Below, one piece after another: positions 1 to 11,181 of a stretch of DNA of 64,000 nt. This stretch comes from an uncultured Clostridia bacterium. Its GTDB lineage: Bacteria > Bacillota > Clostridia > Christensenellales > UBA1242. Both the position numbers and the translations under genes were made by a program. The first letter of the stretch is position 1; the number at the start of each line of letters is the position of its first letter. Where the stretch lies: the NCBI GenBank assembly GCA_934756675.1, contig CAKVLG010000003.1:48768-112767 (forward strand), given 5' to 3'. Below the pieces are notes generated by a model. The model worked only from the letters and a program-made list of their open reading frames with translations, was not told the origin of the DNA and made no database searches.

Positions 1-2558
1 GTACCAAACGCCATAAGTGGCGAAACAGTGTCCATATCAATGTCCTTTAAAACATTTATAACTTCATCAACATTAAATGATGTATATTTTTCCGTTTTAT
101 CACTTGTAAGGTCTGTTTTAGGCGATAATTCATTGATTTCTTCTTGCATCTTCAAAATTTGCTTTGACCTGCTAACTAATTCTTCTGGAAGCCCAGCAAG
201 TTTTGCTACTTCAATACCAAAACTCTTGTTTGCACTGCCACGAGCAATTTTGTGCAAGAATATAACAGAATCATTGTACTCTTTTACCATTACTCGGTAA
301 TTTTTAACTCCATCAATCTTGCCTTCTAGTTCGGTAAGTTCATGATAATGTGTACTAAACAATGTTTTAGCGTGCAAGTGCTTAGACAAATATTCAATTA
401 ATGCCCAAGCGATAGACAAACCATCGTATGTGCTTGTTCCCCTACCAACTTCATCAAGAATAATCAAACTTTTGTTAGTTGCATTTTTTAAGATGTTCGA
501 AACTTCGGTCATTTCTACCATAAATGTACTTTGACCAAAAGCCAAGTCATCGCTGGCACCAACTCTTGTAAAAATTCTGTCTACCAAACAAATTTTTGCA
601 CTTTCTGCCGGAACAAACATACCAATATGTGCCATTAATGTGATAATTGCAATTTGGCGCATGTATGTACTTTTACCGGCCATGTTTGGACCAGTTATAA
701 GCATAAGTCTGTTTTCGTTATCGTCAAGGTAACAATCGTTTGGAACAAAAGATGCTGTTTTTAATAACGCTTCGATAACTGGGTGCCTGCCTTCAACAAT
801 CTTAAGTTCGTTTCCTTTGTCGTCAATTTCTGGCCTTGTGTAATTATATTTTGCAGAAACAGTGGCAAATGAAACTAAAACATCAAGGTAAGCCAAGTTA
901 TATGCAATATCAAGCAATTGCTTATCATATGAATTGACTACATCAATAATCTTTTCATATATTTCGCTCTCAATTTTCAAAGATTCTTCGTTACTGTTTA
1001 AGATTTTATACTCCATTTCTTTTAGTTCAGGAGTAATATATCTTTCACTATTAACAGTTGTTTGTTTGCGAATATAATCGCTTGGAACAAGGTTTGTTTG
1101 ACCAGCCGAAACTTCTATATAATAACCAAAAACCCTGTTATAACCAGTCTTAAGATTCTTTATACCAGTTCTTTGTTTTTCACGCGCTTCAAGTTCCACA
1201 AGCCAAGTTTTACCATAGTCGCTCATAGAACGCGTTTGGTCAAGTTCTTCACTGTAACCCTTTTTAATATACCCACCGTCTTTACGGTTGTTAGAACACT
1301 CATTATTGATAGCATTATCTAACAAATTATAAACTTCTGGCAAATTATAAAGATTTTTTGCAATTTTAGAAATAAGTGGAGCTTTGCAGCCATTAATAAG
1401 ACTTGATAATTGTGGAATTATTTTTAACGTGTCAGATAGCGCCACAAGTTCTTTTGGTAAAATTGTTCTTGCCGAAACCTTGGCGGTTTTACGTTCAATA
1501 TCGTATGTTTTTGAAATTAACTCAATAATTTCATCGCGTAGTAATGCATTTTTCGAAAGTTCTTCAACAACATCAAGCCTTTCTTCAATTTCGTTTTTGT
1601 CTTGCAATGGTTCATTGACAAAAGTACGCAGAAGTCTTGCACCCATTGGCGAAGATGTTGCATCAAGTAGCCACAACAATGAACCATACTTCTTTTTAAG
1701 TGTCATAGACTCTGTGAGTTCCAAGTTGCGTCTTGTATTCATATCAAGTTGCATAAACCTGTCGTCACGCACGAACTCCAAACGCTTCAAGTTGCTAACA
1801 GCACGCATTTGTGTTGCTGCAATATAACTAAGAAGCCCACCAACAGCTTGAATGCCACTCTTATTCATCTTTGGTTCAAACTCTTCAATGCTTTTTAGTT
1901 CAAACTGTTTTTTTATAAGCTTTTCTGCATTTGAATACAAAAATTCGCCGTCATCATATTTTGTGAAAACAGGAACAATGCCACCCTTCTCACTTGCCAA
2001 ATTTTCGCTTAGGTCGTATGCCGCTTTATTACAAATAATCTCTGTTGGACGAAGTCTGATAAGTGCATCATCAATCGCTTTGAGTGTATTACTTGCAAAA
2101 TTCATAAATTGCATAAATCCAGTCGAAATATCTGCAACTGCCATACCAGCATCATTTTTAGTTGCAAATATAGAAACAATATAATTGTTTCTATCTGCAA
2201 TTAAAGATTCTTCTTCAATAGCTGTGCCTGGTGTTATGATTCTCACGACATCACGCTTCATAATTTTTGATTTTGGCGATACAGTTTCGTTTGTTTGTTC
2301 ACATATTGCGACTTTATAACCTTTGTTTAAAAGTTTTGCAATATAAGAATCTTTTGCATGGTGCGGAATACCACACATTGGTGCGCGTTCTTCAGTTCCA
2401 CAATCTTTACCAGTAAGCGTCAGTTCAAGAACTCTTGAACAAGTGATTGCATCGTCATAAAACATCTCGTAAAAATCACCGAGCCTATAGAACAAAATGC
2501 AATCTTTATATTTTTCTTTTGTCAGCAAATATTGCTGCATCATTTCTGATACACCCAT
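1..2558 (-). CDS. mutS: DNA mismatch repair protein MutS (3' end runs off the left edge of the window)
   Basis: Minus-strand frame is open from ATG at 2558 to position 1, so it is absent from the ORF track (no stop in window). N-terminus MGVSEMMQQYLLTKEKYKDCILFYRLGDFYEMFYDDA and Walker A GPNMAGKST are MutS hallmarks. Start lies 2 nt after the miaB stop. Confidence 0.9.
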   Translation of the reverse strand, partial: MGVSEMMQQYLLTKEKYKDCILFYRLGDFYEMFYDDAITCSRVLELTLTGKDCGTEERAPMCGIPHHAKDSYIAKLLNKGYKVAICEQTNETVSPKSKIMKRDVVRIITPGTAIEEESLIADRNNYIVSIFATKNDAGMAVADISTGFMQFMNFASNTLKAIDDALIRLRPTEIICNKAAYDLSENLASEKGGIVPVFTKYDDGEFLYSNAEKLIKKQFELKSIEEFEPKMNKSGIQAVGGLLSYIAATQMRAVSNLKRLEFVRDDRFMQLDMNTRRNLELTESMTLKKKYGSLLWLLDATSSPMGARLLRTFVNEPLQDKNEIEERLDVVEELSKNALLRDEIIELISKTYDIERKTAKVSARTILPKELVALSDTLKIIPQLSSLINGCKAPLISKIAKNLYNLPEVYNLLDNAINNECSNNRKDGGYIKKGYSEELDQTRSMSDYGKTWLVELEAREKQRTGIKNLKTGYNRVFGYYIEVSAGQTNLVPSDYIRKQTTVNSERYITPELKEMEYKILNSNEESLKIESEIYEKIIDVVNSYDKQLLDIAYNLAYLDVLVSFATVSAKYNYTRPEIDDKGNELKIVEGRHPVIEALLKTASFVPNDCYLDDNENRLMLITGPNMAGKSTYMRQIAIITLMAHIGMFVPAESAKICLVDRIFTRVGASDDLAFGQSTFMVEMTEVSNILKNATNKSLIILDEVGRGTSTYDGLSIAWALIEYLSKHLHAKTLFSTHYHELTELEGKIDGVKNYRVMVKEYNDSVIFLHKIARGSANKSFGIEVAKLAGLPEELVSRSKQILKMQEEINELSPKTDLTSDKTEKYTSFNVDEVINVLKDIDMDTVSPLMAFG

Positions 2559-2560
2559 TT

Positions 2561-3886
2561 TTACTCCTTTATAACTTCCCCGAATAGCGAAGTCAATTTT
2601 GCTTTCGTAATTCTAACTTTAACAAACTTTCCTATAAGTGAAGCGTCACCTTTAACAGTCACAGCCTTATTAAAGTTTGTAGACCCAACAACGCTGCCAG
2701 CATATTTTGGCGAAACACTATCTATCAAAACAACTAAATCTTTACCAACAAATGTTTCGCTTATCTTTTCACCAATACCCTGTTGCAATTCAATAAGTCT
2801 TCTAAGACGCTCTTTTTTAACTTTTATATCTACTTGACCGTCCATTTTTTCTGCAACAGTACCCTTACGTTTAGAATAAATAAACATAAAGAGTTGTTCA
2901 AAACCAACTTGTTTAACAAGATCCATAGTATCCAAAAAGTCTTCTTCTGTTTCTGTTGGAAAACCAACTATAATATCAGACGAGAGTTGAACATTTGGAA
3001 TTTTTTCTTTGATTTCTTTTACAGTCGCTAAATATTTTTCACGCGTATATTTGCGGTTCATAAGCCCAAGTATTCTGTTGCTACCAGATTGGAATGGTAA
3101 ATGAATGTAGTGCATAATGTGTTTTGATTTGCTAATTACATTAATAACTTCACTAGACAAATCTTTTGGATGGCTGGTCATAAATGTTAATCTGTATTCA
3201 TAGTCAAGTTTATCTAGAATGTTAAGTAATTTTGCAAAGCAAGTGTCATCATCAAAATCATTACCATAAGAGTTAACGTTTTGACCAAGCAAAGTGATTT
3301 GTTTGTATCCAGCATCTAAAAGTTGTTTAACTTCACAAACAATAGCATCAAGCGGACGGCTAATTTCCCTACCACGAACATAAGGCACAATACAATAAGT
3401 GCAAAAGTTATTGCATCCATAGTTAATGTTTACCCAAGCATTAATTCCGCTTGTACGCGTCTTTGGCATAGAATCTCTGTCGATAATGTTTTCGGTTGTA
3501 ACAATGCTAGAAAAATGCTTTTTAATCTTGTTTCTCTTGTCGAGCAGTTCACCAAACTTTGCAATGTTGTGAGTACCAAAAATAATGTCGATGTACGGAT
3601 ACTTTTGAAGCAACATTTCATCATATCCATTTTGTTGCGACATGCAACCACAAACACAAATAATCATGTTTGGATTTTTCTTTTTCAATTGCTTTAAATC
3701 ACCAATATGCCCAAAAATCTTTTTCTCGGCACTTTCACGAATAGCGCAAGTATTAAAGACAATAACATCAGCATTTTCGTTTGAATCTGCAAGCGTGTAA
3801 CCGCGTTCTTCTAATATGCCAGCTAGTTTTTCTGATTCATGAACATTCATCTGGCAACCATATGTGTGTATCAAATATTTTCCCAT
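2561..3886 (-). CDS. miaB: tRNA (i6A37) methylthiotransferase MiaB
   Basis: 441-aa ORF with MTTase N-terminal motif HTYGCQMN, radical-SAM CNNFCTYCIVP and a C-terminal TRAM-like region. miaB-mutS adjacency is typical of Firmicutes. Confidence 0.9.
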   Translation of the reverse strand: MGKYLIHTYGCQMNVHESEKLAGILEERGYTLADSNENADVIVFNTCAIRESAEKKIFGHIGDLKQLKKKNPNMIICVCGCMSQQNGYDEMLLQKYPYIDIIFGTHNIAKFGELLDKRNKIKKHFSSIVTTENIIDRDSMPKTRTSGINAWVNINYGCNNFCTYCIVPYVRGREISRPLDAIVCEVKQLLDAGYKQITLLGQNVNSYGNDFDDDTCFAKLLNILDKLDYEYRLTFMTSHPKDLSSEVINVISKSKHIMHYIHLPFQSGSNRILGLMNRKYTREKYLATVKEIKEKIPNVQLSSDIIVGFPTETEEDFLDTMDLVKQVGFEQLFMFIYSKRKGTVAEKMDGQVDIKVKKERLRRLIELQQGIGEKISETFVGKDLVVLIDSVSPKYAGSVVGSTNFNKAVTVKGDASLIGKFVKVRITKAKLTSLFGEVIKE

Positions 3887-3999
3887 AATATATCCTTAAT
3901 AAATTATGTATATAATATAATACAAACGCCTATTAATTTTCAACAAATATTTACCATATTCGATAATAATTTAAAAAAACTTATCCATACTAAAAATAG

Positions 4000-6192
4000 A
4001 TGAAAAATCGCAAAAAATTACTTAAAATACTAAAATTTGCAGTTTTTATACCATTTTTAATAGTGGTTAGTGTAATTTTTGCGTTTTTTGTATCATTTTG
4101 GGCTATAACAAAAAACGATACTTTTGATGCTAAAAAACTTTCTGCCAGTAGTATGCCAGAACTTTTAATAAAAGATAACACTGGTCAAATAATAGAAACA
4201 TCAACAAATATGACTTGTTTACCATTTGATTATACTAAACTTTCAGGTCAAACAAAAAACGCTTTTATCTCTATCGAAGACAAAACATTTTTTTCTCATA
4301 ATGGTATCAATCTAAAACGCATGGCAGGTGCGTTTCTTTCTAACTTGAAAAATAAAAAGATTGTTCAAGGCGGCAGCACAATAAGTCAACAACTAATAAA
4401 AAACACCCACCTAAATTCCCACAAAACAATAAAAAGAAAATTAAAAGAAATTAAGCTAACACTCGACCTTGAAAAAAGTTTTTCAAAAGACCAAATTTTA
4501 AATGCATACCTTTCTAATATTTATTTTGGAAATGGTGCTTATGGCATCGAAAGTGCCAGCAAAGTCTATTTTAATAAATCGTCAAAAGACTTAAATTTAG
4601 CAGAGAGTGCCATGCTTGCTGGAATAATTAATGCACCGTCTTCATATAACCCACTAACAAATTACGAAAAAGCAAAATCAAGACAAGAAATTGTTTTAAA
4701 AGAAATGTATAAGGATAAAAAAATCACCGAAAGCGAGTATCAAACCGCCAAAAATCAAACTCTAAACATTGTTGGCACAAACATAAATATTCTAAACCAA
4801 TACACAAACGCATGCATTATGGAGGCTTGCGAATTGTTAAACTTATCACAAAATCAAATTAAAAACAAAAAATATACTTTACATACTTATCTAAATAAGC
4901 AAGTTCAAAACAACATAACAACTATCCTGCAAAACAATCTTAAAAATATTTATGCAGACGCTTCTTGTTTGGTTGCAAACACAAACGGTGAAATAATCGC
5001 GTTTTGCGGAAATACCAGCACAGACCTATATCATTTAAAGCGCCAACCAGGGTCTTGCATAAAACCAATACTTGTATATGCGCCAGCATTTGAATTAAAC
5101 AATCTTACCCCAGCCACACAAATTTTAGACGAACCAATTAATCTCGATGGCTACTCGCCAGAAAATGCTGATAAATCATATAAAGGCAATGTCAGTGTTC
5201 GTGATGCCATCAAAAAATCTTTAAATATTCCAGCCGTAAAAGTTTTAAATTCAACAGGTATCGAAAAAAGTAAAAACCTAGCTAGAAAAATGGGGATACC
5301 TTTTGACAGCCAAGACAACAACCTATCCCTTGCTCTTGGCGGTTTCACAAATGGCATCACAATAAAAGAACTTGCAGAAAGCTACTCTTGCCTAGCTCGT
5401 GGTGGCGTGCATTCGAGTTTAAAATTTATCGACAAAATTACAGATGAAAACAACAATACAATTTATTGCAACTCAAAATACTCAGACCGCGTGTTATCTA
5501 GTGAAACAGCATACCTATTAACCGACATGCTAAAAAGCGTTGCAAAAAGTGGTACAGCAAGTAGACTCTCTTCCCTAAGCTTTGATGTTGCTTCAAAAAC
5601 TGGTACAGTTGGTACAATAAATTCTTCGAACAATACCGATGCAATAAACGCAAGTTACACATCAGACAATATTGTTGTATGTTGGGTTTCTGCCAAAGAT
5701 AGCAAACATTTATTAAACAAAACAATCAATGGTTCAACATATCCAACAAATGTTTCGAAAAACACACTTGATTATCTTGCGTCACTCCGCACTCCAGCAA
5801 GTTTCACTAGACCAGCATCAATAATTAATGCTAATTACGAAACAGATGAAAACGGTAAGCTTTATCTTGCTAATTCCAACGATTATCAAACAGAAATTTT
5901 TAAAAGTGGTACACAGCCAACCGAACAGAAATCAGGACTTGACAGACTTAATTTTCAAATAAACAACTTTAGCAATTCAAAACCAACATTAATGTTTGAC
6001 ACAAAAAACAATATAATCTACAAAGTTTATCGCGACAACAGTCTTATTGCATTGCTTGTTGGTCGTGACGACAGAATTTCTTACACAGATTTTTCAGCAA
6101 AAAAAGACAACATCTATAACTATAGTGTTGTCCAAGAATATAACGGTGAAAGTAATAAATCTAGTGAAATTAAGATTCTTTGTTTGATATAA
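4000..6192 (+). CDS. class A penicillin-binding protein (transglycosylase/transpeptidase, PBP1A family)
   Basis: 730 aa with an N-terminal TM anchor, GT51 motifs EDKTFFSHNGI and GGSTISQQLIKN, and transpeptidase motifs SCIK (SxxK) and KTGT. Confidence 0.85.
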   Translation: MKNRKKLLKILKFAVFIPFLIVVSVIFAFFVSFWAITKNDTFDAKKLSASSMPELLIKDNTGQIIETSTNMTCLPFDYTKLSGQTKNAFISIEDKTFFSHNGINLKRMAGAFLSNLKNKKIVQGGSTISQQLIKNTHLNSHKTIKRKLKEIKLTLDLEKSFSKDQILNAYLSNIYFGNGAYGIESASKVYFNKSSKDLNLAESAMLAGIINAPSSYNPLTNYEKAKSRQEIVLKEMYKDKKITESEYQTAKNQTLNIVGTNINILNQYTNACIMEACELLNLSQNQIKNKKYTLHTYLNKQVQNNITTILQNNLKNIYADASCLVANTNGEIIAFCGNTSTDLYHLKRQPGSCIKPILVYAPAFELNNLTPATQILDEPINLDGYSPENADKSYKGNVSVRDAIKKSLNIPAVKVLNSTGIEKSKNLARKMGIPFDSQDNNLSLALGGFTNGITIKELAESYSCLARGGVHSSLKFIDKITDENNNTIYCNSKYSDRVLSSETAYLLTDMLKSVAKSGTASRLSSLSFDVASKTGTVGTINSSNNTDAINASYTSDNIVVCWVSAKDSKHLLNKTINGSTYPTNVSKNTLDYLASLRTPASFTRPASIINANYETDENGKLYLANSNDYQTEIFKSGTQPTEQKSGLDRLNFQINNFSNSKPTLMFDTKNNIIYKVYRDNSLIALLVGRDDRISYTDFSAKKDNIYNYSVVQEYNGESNKSSEIKILCLI

Positions 6193-7342
6193 CGACTTTT
6201 TCAATTGTTGCAAGTGCGTCTGACATAAGCTTTTCTACATCGAGTTTAGATTCTTCTTTCAAAACATTTTCGAGTTTTGGTTTTGTAACTGGGTCTTTTG
6301 GCAAAAATACCGTGCAGCAATCTTCAAATGGTTCAATTGATGTTTCATATGTGTCAATCTTGCGCGCAATATCAATAATTTCTATTTTATCAAATGTAAT
6401 AAGTGGACGAAGCACAACAGTACTGTCAATTACATCTTCAATAACAGTCATACTTTCAATTGTTTGGCTGGCAACTTGCCCCAAGTTTTCGCCAGTAACA
6501 ATCATAGGAATATGGCGATCCTTTGCAATTTTTTCACTTATTCTATACATAAATCTACGGAGCAAAGTGATAAGAAAACTTGAATGGCAATTATCACGTA
6601 TAGCCTCTTGAATTTTAGCAACATTTACCATATAAATAGTAAAGTCACCATTGTATCTAGTTAAGATTTTGGCAAGTTTTTCAACTTTTTCACGCGCTAG
6701 GTTCGATGTATATGGATAGCTGTGAAAGTGCACTGCGGCAAGTTTAACACCTCGCTTATTCATCAAATAACAAGAAACTGGACTATCAATACCACCAGAA
6801 AGCAACACAAGCCCTTTTCCGCTAGAACCAACTGGCATACCACCAACACCCATCATTGTTTTGTTATAAACAAAGGTTTTTCCATTTTCACGTACATCAA
6901 TATTAATAACATGTTCTGGGTTATGCAAATCAACAGATAAATTTTTATTGCTTTCTAAACAATCGCCACCAATCTCAGATGAAATTTGCATAGATGATTG
7001 CATAAAAGTTTTGTCTGCCCTATTCGTGTTAATCTTAAATGTACCATTTTCATCTTTTAATAAACCTGTCACAAGAGCTGAAATCTTTTCATAATTTGTA
7101 TCAACCACATACGCTGGCGATACAGAATAAACACCTGCAACTTGACAAAGTCTGTTTAAAATTTTCTTTTCATCTTTCTCTTCATAACCAGATAAAATGT
7201 ATCTGCCAGCAACTTTTTTGAGTTCTGCATTAAACTCAAAAAGTGCATTTTTTATGTTTTTATATAACAATTCTTCAAAAAAACCGCGATTTTTACCTTT
7301 TAAATGTATTTCGTTATATCTAATTAAAATATTTTTTTCCAT
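6170..7342 (-). CDS. thiI: tRNA 4-thiouridine synthase ThiI
   Basis: 390 aa with a THUMP-like N-terminal half and PP-loop motif LLSGGIDSPV. Its start overlaps the stop of the upstream cysteine desulfurase (TAATG). Confidence 0.88.
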   Translation of the reverse strand: MEKNILIRYNEIHLKGKNRGFFEELLYKNIKNALFEFNAELKKVAGRYILSGYEEKDEKKILNRLCQVAGVYSVSPAYVVDTNYEKISALVTGLLKDENGTFKINTNRADKTFMQSSMQISSEIGGDCLESNKNLSVDLHNPEHVINIDVRENGKTFVYNKTMMGVGGMPVGSSGKGLVLLSGGIDSPVSCYLMNKRGVKLAAVHFHSYPYTSNLAREKVEKLAKILTRYNGDFTIYMVNVAKIQEAIRDNCHSSFLITLLRRFMYRISEKIAKDRHIPMIVTGENLGQVASQTIESMTVIEDVIDSTVVLRPLITFDKIEIIDIARKIDTYETSIEPFEDCCTVFLPKDPVTKPKLENVLKEESKLDVEKLMSDALATIEKVVISNKES

Positions 7343-8475
7343 TATTTCTTTAGTTCCTTTATTCGTTTTTCAAAACAATTTGCAACATAATTTATATCCA
7401 CATCAATAGGTGCAAACGAAATTCTTACTACTTGCTGAGATTTTTCATAAGAAATTCCCCTAGCCTCTAACCCCCTGTTAACCTTCTTTTTCGAAGAACA
7501 AGCAGAGCCAGTTGAAATATAAATTCTATCTTCTTCAAGAGCATGCAACAACACTTCGCCACGAACGCCAATAATACGAAGTTGCAAAATATAAGGTGAA
7601 CATTCTTCATTTGAATAATTCTCAAATTCAATATTTCTTGTTTTTAGAGCAATCAAAAATTCATTATTAAGTTTTTTTACACGTTCAAAGTTAACTGCCA
7701 AACTTTGCATCTTTAGTTTTGCAGCAGTTTCAAACCCCAAAATGTAAGGCAAGTTTTCTGTACCAGACCTAAGCCCCATTTCTTGCCCACCACCAAGAAT
7801 TAGCGGTTCTAAGTTTACATTTTTTTTAAAATATAATGCACCAATACCTTTTGGCCCATTAATTTTGTGCGAACAAATGGTATACATATCAACACCCAAT
7901 TTTTCAAGATCAACATCAATTTTCCCAAACGCTTGCACGCCATCACAGTGAAAGATTATTGTTTTGTCTTTTTGCTTAGCTAAGTGGCAAAGCCTTTCAA
8001 TGTTGTTAATCATGCCATTTTCGTTGTTAACGTGCATAATAGAAACAAATTTAACAGGGTTGTTTTGTAGAAGTTTAATGTATTCTTCTTCAATCACTTT
8101 GCCATAACTATCAACTGGAATATATAAAATATTGCAACCTTGTTTACGTAACTTTTCTGTCATTTCAAAAATAGCTGGATGTTCGGTATTACCAATAAGT
8201 GCAACAAAATTTGCACGATTTTTTATTTTTAAAAGTGCGGTATTATTTGCTTCGGTAGCGCTGCCAGTGAATATCAAATTACCACCTTCAGCATTAAGTG
8301 CTTTCAAAAAATATTCGCGTGACTTTTCCACCAAATTTTTATCTACAATAGCGTTTTTATATACGCTACTAATATTATAAAAATCATTTCTCAAAGCGCC
8401 AGAAATAACATCGGTCACCTTGTCATCAACAACTGTAGTTGCTGCATTATCAAGATAAATAACTTCATTTTCCAT
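7342..8475 (-). CDS. cysteine desulfurase (NifS/IscS class V aminotransferase, ThiI partner)
   Basis: PLP-lysine motif SHKINGPKGIGALY and active-site loop GSACSS. Start chosen at ATG 8475 (MENEVIYLDNAATT), because the longer track ORF to 8541 overlaps yunB. Confidence 0.85.
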   Translation of the reverse strand: MENEVIYLDNAATTVVDDKVTDVISGALRNDFYNISSVYKNAIVDKNLVEKSREYFLKALNAEGGNLIFTGSATEANNTALLKIKNRANFVALIGNTEHPAIFEMTEKLRKQGCNILYIPVDSYGKVIEEEYIKLLQNNPVKFVSIMHVNNENGMINNIERLCHLAKQKDKTIIFHCDGVQAFGKIDVDLEKLGVDMYTICSHKINGPKGIGALYFKKNVNLEPLILGGGQEMGLRSGTENLPYILGFETAAKLKMQSLAVNFERVKKLNNEFLIALKTRNIEFENYSNEECSPYILQLRIIGVRGEVLLHALEEDRIYISTGSACSSKKKVNRGLEARGISYEKSQQVVRISFAPIDVDINYVANCFEKRIKELKK

Positions 8476-8518
8476 AATGTTATTATAAACAATATATATT
8501 AATTTAGCAAGAACATTT

Positions 8519-9199
8519 TTAATTATTAGATATAAGTCCACTTAAATCTTTTATCGAAAAGAATGTGTCCGGAATATCACCAATAATAACACTTTCACAA
8601 AGCAAAACATCGCTACTAGCATTTACCCTTAACGTTCTAAATGGCAACACAACATTTATTGTGCAACTTATCGACATATAAATTTTATGTTGAGTCTGGT
8701 TGATTCCTGCACTAAAAAACTGCGAAAGAAATCTACACGAAACATCTCCATATGGATAAGTTTCCATTGCAACTTTTGGTCCCATACCAGAAATTATTGT
8801 TATTCCAGAAAATGCCCCTAGTGGTATTAAAACTGGATTTTTTGTCAGTTCATTTAGTTTTGCCATGGTGACTCTACCTATTAATTTTGAAAGATTATTA
8901 ATCTGAATTGAGTTCGCTTGAAGCATACTAATTTTACCACTAGAATCAGTAACAATATGTATTAAATCATCATAAGTTACATTTTGATTCATTGCTTCTG
9001 TTATTGCATAGTTCATACTTTTATTTGCATAAACTTTAACTTGTGAGTTGCTAGACGAAATTATTAAAGGTGTAACCAAAAATGCAATATATAAATAAAA
9101 AAACGCAAAAATTAACAAAGTAACCATAAAAACCTTTGTTTTTTTGCGTTTTTTAGTAAAATCTACAACAGTAATAGTATTTTTTCTTTTTCGTTTCAC
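8519..9199 (-). CDS. yunB: sporulation protein YunB
   Basis: 226 aa with a basic N-terminus plus one TM. Overall resemblance to the YunB family (GAFSGITIISGMGPKV, YPYGDV, VVLP). Lies next to the spoVA genes. Confidence 0.65.
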   Translation of the reverse strand: MKRKRKNTITVVDFTKKRKKTKVFMVTLLIFAFFYLYIAFLVTPLIISSSNSQVKVYANKSMNYAITEAMNQNVTYDDLIHIVTDSSGKISMLQANSIQINNLSKLIGRVTMAKLNELTKNPVLIPLGAFSGITIISGMGPKVAMETYPYGDVSCRFLSQFFSAGINQTQHKIYMSISCTINVVLPFRTLRVNASSDVLLCESVIIGDIPDTFFSIKDLSGLISNN

Positions 9200-9231
9200 A
9201 CTTAATTATATGAAACAAATAGTTAAAATAT

Positions 9232-9606
9232 TTAATTCTTTTTAGTTTTTGAACTCGTAAAAAATGACAGCAAAAAACTTAAACCAATAGACACAGATAT
9301 ACCAGCACTAGTTGCAACTAACCCACCACCAAGAGCTCCGAAAAACCCGTCAGTTTTCGCGCCATTAATTGCACCATTTGCAAGCGAATTACCAAAACCA
9401 GTGATTGGTAAAGTTGCTCCAGCACCAGCCCATTCAACTAAATAATTATACAAACCAAATCCACCAAGGACAGCACCAGCAAGCAAAAACAAAACAAGTA
9501 TTCGTGCAGGCGTAATTTTAGTAGTAATAACTATTACTTCTGCTAAACCACAAATAATACCACCAACCACAAAAACTTTTAAATACATAAGTAAACCTGC
9601 TAACAT
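9232..9606 (-). CDS. spoVAE: stage V sporulation protein AE (SpoVAEb-type)
   Basis: 124-aa multi-TM protein with motifs ITGFGNSLANGAI and GLVATSAGIS. It is the third gene of a spoVAC-AD-AE arrangement. Confidence 0.8.
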   Translation of the reverse strand: MLAGLLMYLKVFVVGGIICGLAEVIVITTKITPARILVLFLLAGAVLGGFGLYNYLVEWAGAGATLPITGFGNSLANGAINGAKTDGFFGALGGGLVATSAGISVSIGLSFLLSFFTSSKTKKN

Positions 9607-10601
9607 ATTTCAACCTCCACAGCATGCGCGGTGCACGGTATAGTTTCACCTTGCTGATTTGTAATTGTACTCATAAGTGCACCAGTCGACACAAGTATCA
9701 TTTTTTTAATTTTCTTTTCCTTTAGCTTACTAATAAAATAAGAGTTAAACACAGTCGCACTACACCCAGCACCACTGCCACCTTGGTTAGAATCGTCTGT
9801 CACACCATAAATCATGTTTCCACAATCAATATAATTTTGTCCAAGCGAATACCCTTTTTCTTGCATCAAGTCAAGCAAAATATCTGAACCAAGTTTTCCA
9901 AGATCACCTGTTGCAATTACATCATAATCTTCTGGTTTAGTGTTTGTGTCGCCAAAAAACGCAACCAAGGTATCCATTGCAGCAGGTGCCATTGCGGCAC
10001 CCATATTTGCAATATCTTTCACACCAAAATCAATCACCTTCCCAAAACAAACTTTTCTTATTTTTATATATGTTTTGCTAGATGATAACAAAGTTGCCCC
10101 AACACCAGTTACCGTCCATTGCGAATATGTTTGTCTTTGATTACCAAACTCGAGTGGAAATCTATATTGTCTTTCAGCTGTCGAAAAATGGCTGCCCGCC
10201 ATACACATCACGTTTTTCATAATTTTCCCACTAATTAAACAAGCACCCAGCCCAAGAGCTCCAGCAAAAGTCGCACATGCAGAATACACTCCAACAAAAG
10301 GAATTTTCAAATACGAAGCCATATAGTTAGATGCAATAATTTGGTTATTCAAGTCGCCAGACAACAACAAATCTATGTCATCAAATTTTTTATCAGCCTT
10401 CTTTAATAAAAGACATGCTGTTTGATAAAACATTTCACGTTCAGCTTTTTCAAAAGTGTCTTCATTAAAAGTATCGATTTTTGCAATCTTATCAAAATAT
10501 TTTCCAACAGGTCCATTGCCTTCTTTTCTGCCAACAATAGAAGCTGTTTCTTGGATATATACTGGATTATCTAGAATATATGTTTGATTCCCTTTCTTCA
10601 T
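9600..10601 (-). CDS. spoVAD: stage V sporulation protein AD
   Basis: 333-aa thiolase-like protein of the size and sequence pattern typical of SpoVAD, positioned between spoVAC and spoVAE. Confidence 0.88.
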   Translation of the reverse strand: MKKGNQTYILDNPVYIQETASIVGRKEGNGPVGKYFDKIAKIDTFNEDTFEKAEREMFYQTACLLLKKADKKFDDIDLLLSGDLNNQIIASNYMASYLKIPFVGVYSACATFAGALGLGACLISGKIMKNVMCMAGSHFSTAERQYRFPLEFGNQRQTYSQWTVTGVGATLLSSSKTYIKIRKVCFGKVIDFGVKDIANMGAAMAPAAMDTLVAFFGDTNTKPEDYDVIATGDLGKLGSDILLDLMQEKGYSLGQNYIDCGNMIYGVTDDSNQGGSGAGCSATVFNSYFISKLKEKKIKKMILVSTGALMSTITNQQGETIPCTAHAVEVEIC

Positions 10602-10609
10602 CTTTACTC

Positions 10610-11065
10610 CTAAAATAAACTAACAATAAAGTAAACTATACCAACAATAAGTGAATACGATACACCACAAACAAGAACTGGGCCAGCAACATAAAACATC
10701 TTGCTACCCACACCAAAGACCAAACCTTCTTTTTTAAATTCAATTGCACAAGAAGAAATCGAGTTTGCAAAGCCAGAAATTGGTATAAATGTACCCGCCC
10801 CACCATACTTTGCAATTCTATCAAAGCAACCAATGGTTGTTAAAATAATTGTAAGTGAAATTATAATAACGTTCACCCAAGCACCAACGAGCAACAAATC
10901 CATCATCGGATTAAAAGATTTTATAATATCGCCAAACATTTGCCCTAAACAGCAAATTGTACCGCCCAAAATAAAAGCATGAAATATCGTATCAAACCAA
11001 CCAGACTTTGGCGACTTACGTTCAACATATTCAAGATAAGCTTCTTTACTTGCAGTTATTTTCAT
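10610..11065 (-). CDS. spoVAC: stage V sporulation protein AC
   Basis: Membrane protein with motif GGAGTFIPISGFANS. Start set at ATG 11065 (MKITASKEAYLEY), which is preceded by AGGAGA. The track ORF starts 9 codons earlier. Confidence 0.85.
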   Translation of the reverse strand: MKITASKEAYLEYVERKSPKSGWFDTIFHAFILGGTICCLGQMFGDIIKSFNPMMDLLLVGAWVNVIIISLTIILTTIGCFDRIAKYGGAGTFIPISGFANSISSCAIEFKKEGLVFGVGSKMFYVAGPVLVCGVSYSLIVGIVYFIVSLF

Positions 11066-11181
11066 AAATTCTCCTAAGTAAATACTTGTCAAAATATTTT
11101 TTTATATTCAAAATAATAAAAATCAATTTTATAAATATTTTACAAAAAAGTGCAAATACTAACATTGTAAGGAGTAAAAAT

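Noticed and set aside
11086-11181. N-terminal 32-codon extension of the lipoprotein ORF and similar long N-terminal extensions in the ORF track (gatA, nusB, asp23, spoIIIAH, nrnA, rubrerythrin, scpA, efp, cls)
   Set aside because: In each case an internal ATG with a GGAG-type SD gives the canonical family N-terminus. The extension overlaps the upstream gene or promoter, and several track starts are TTG or GTG.
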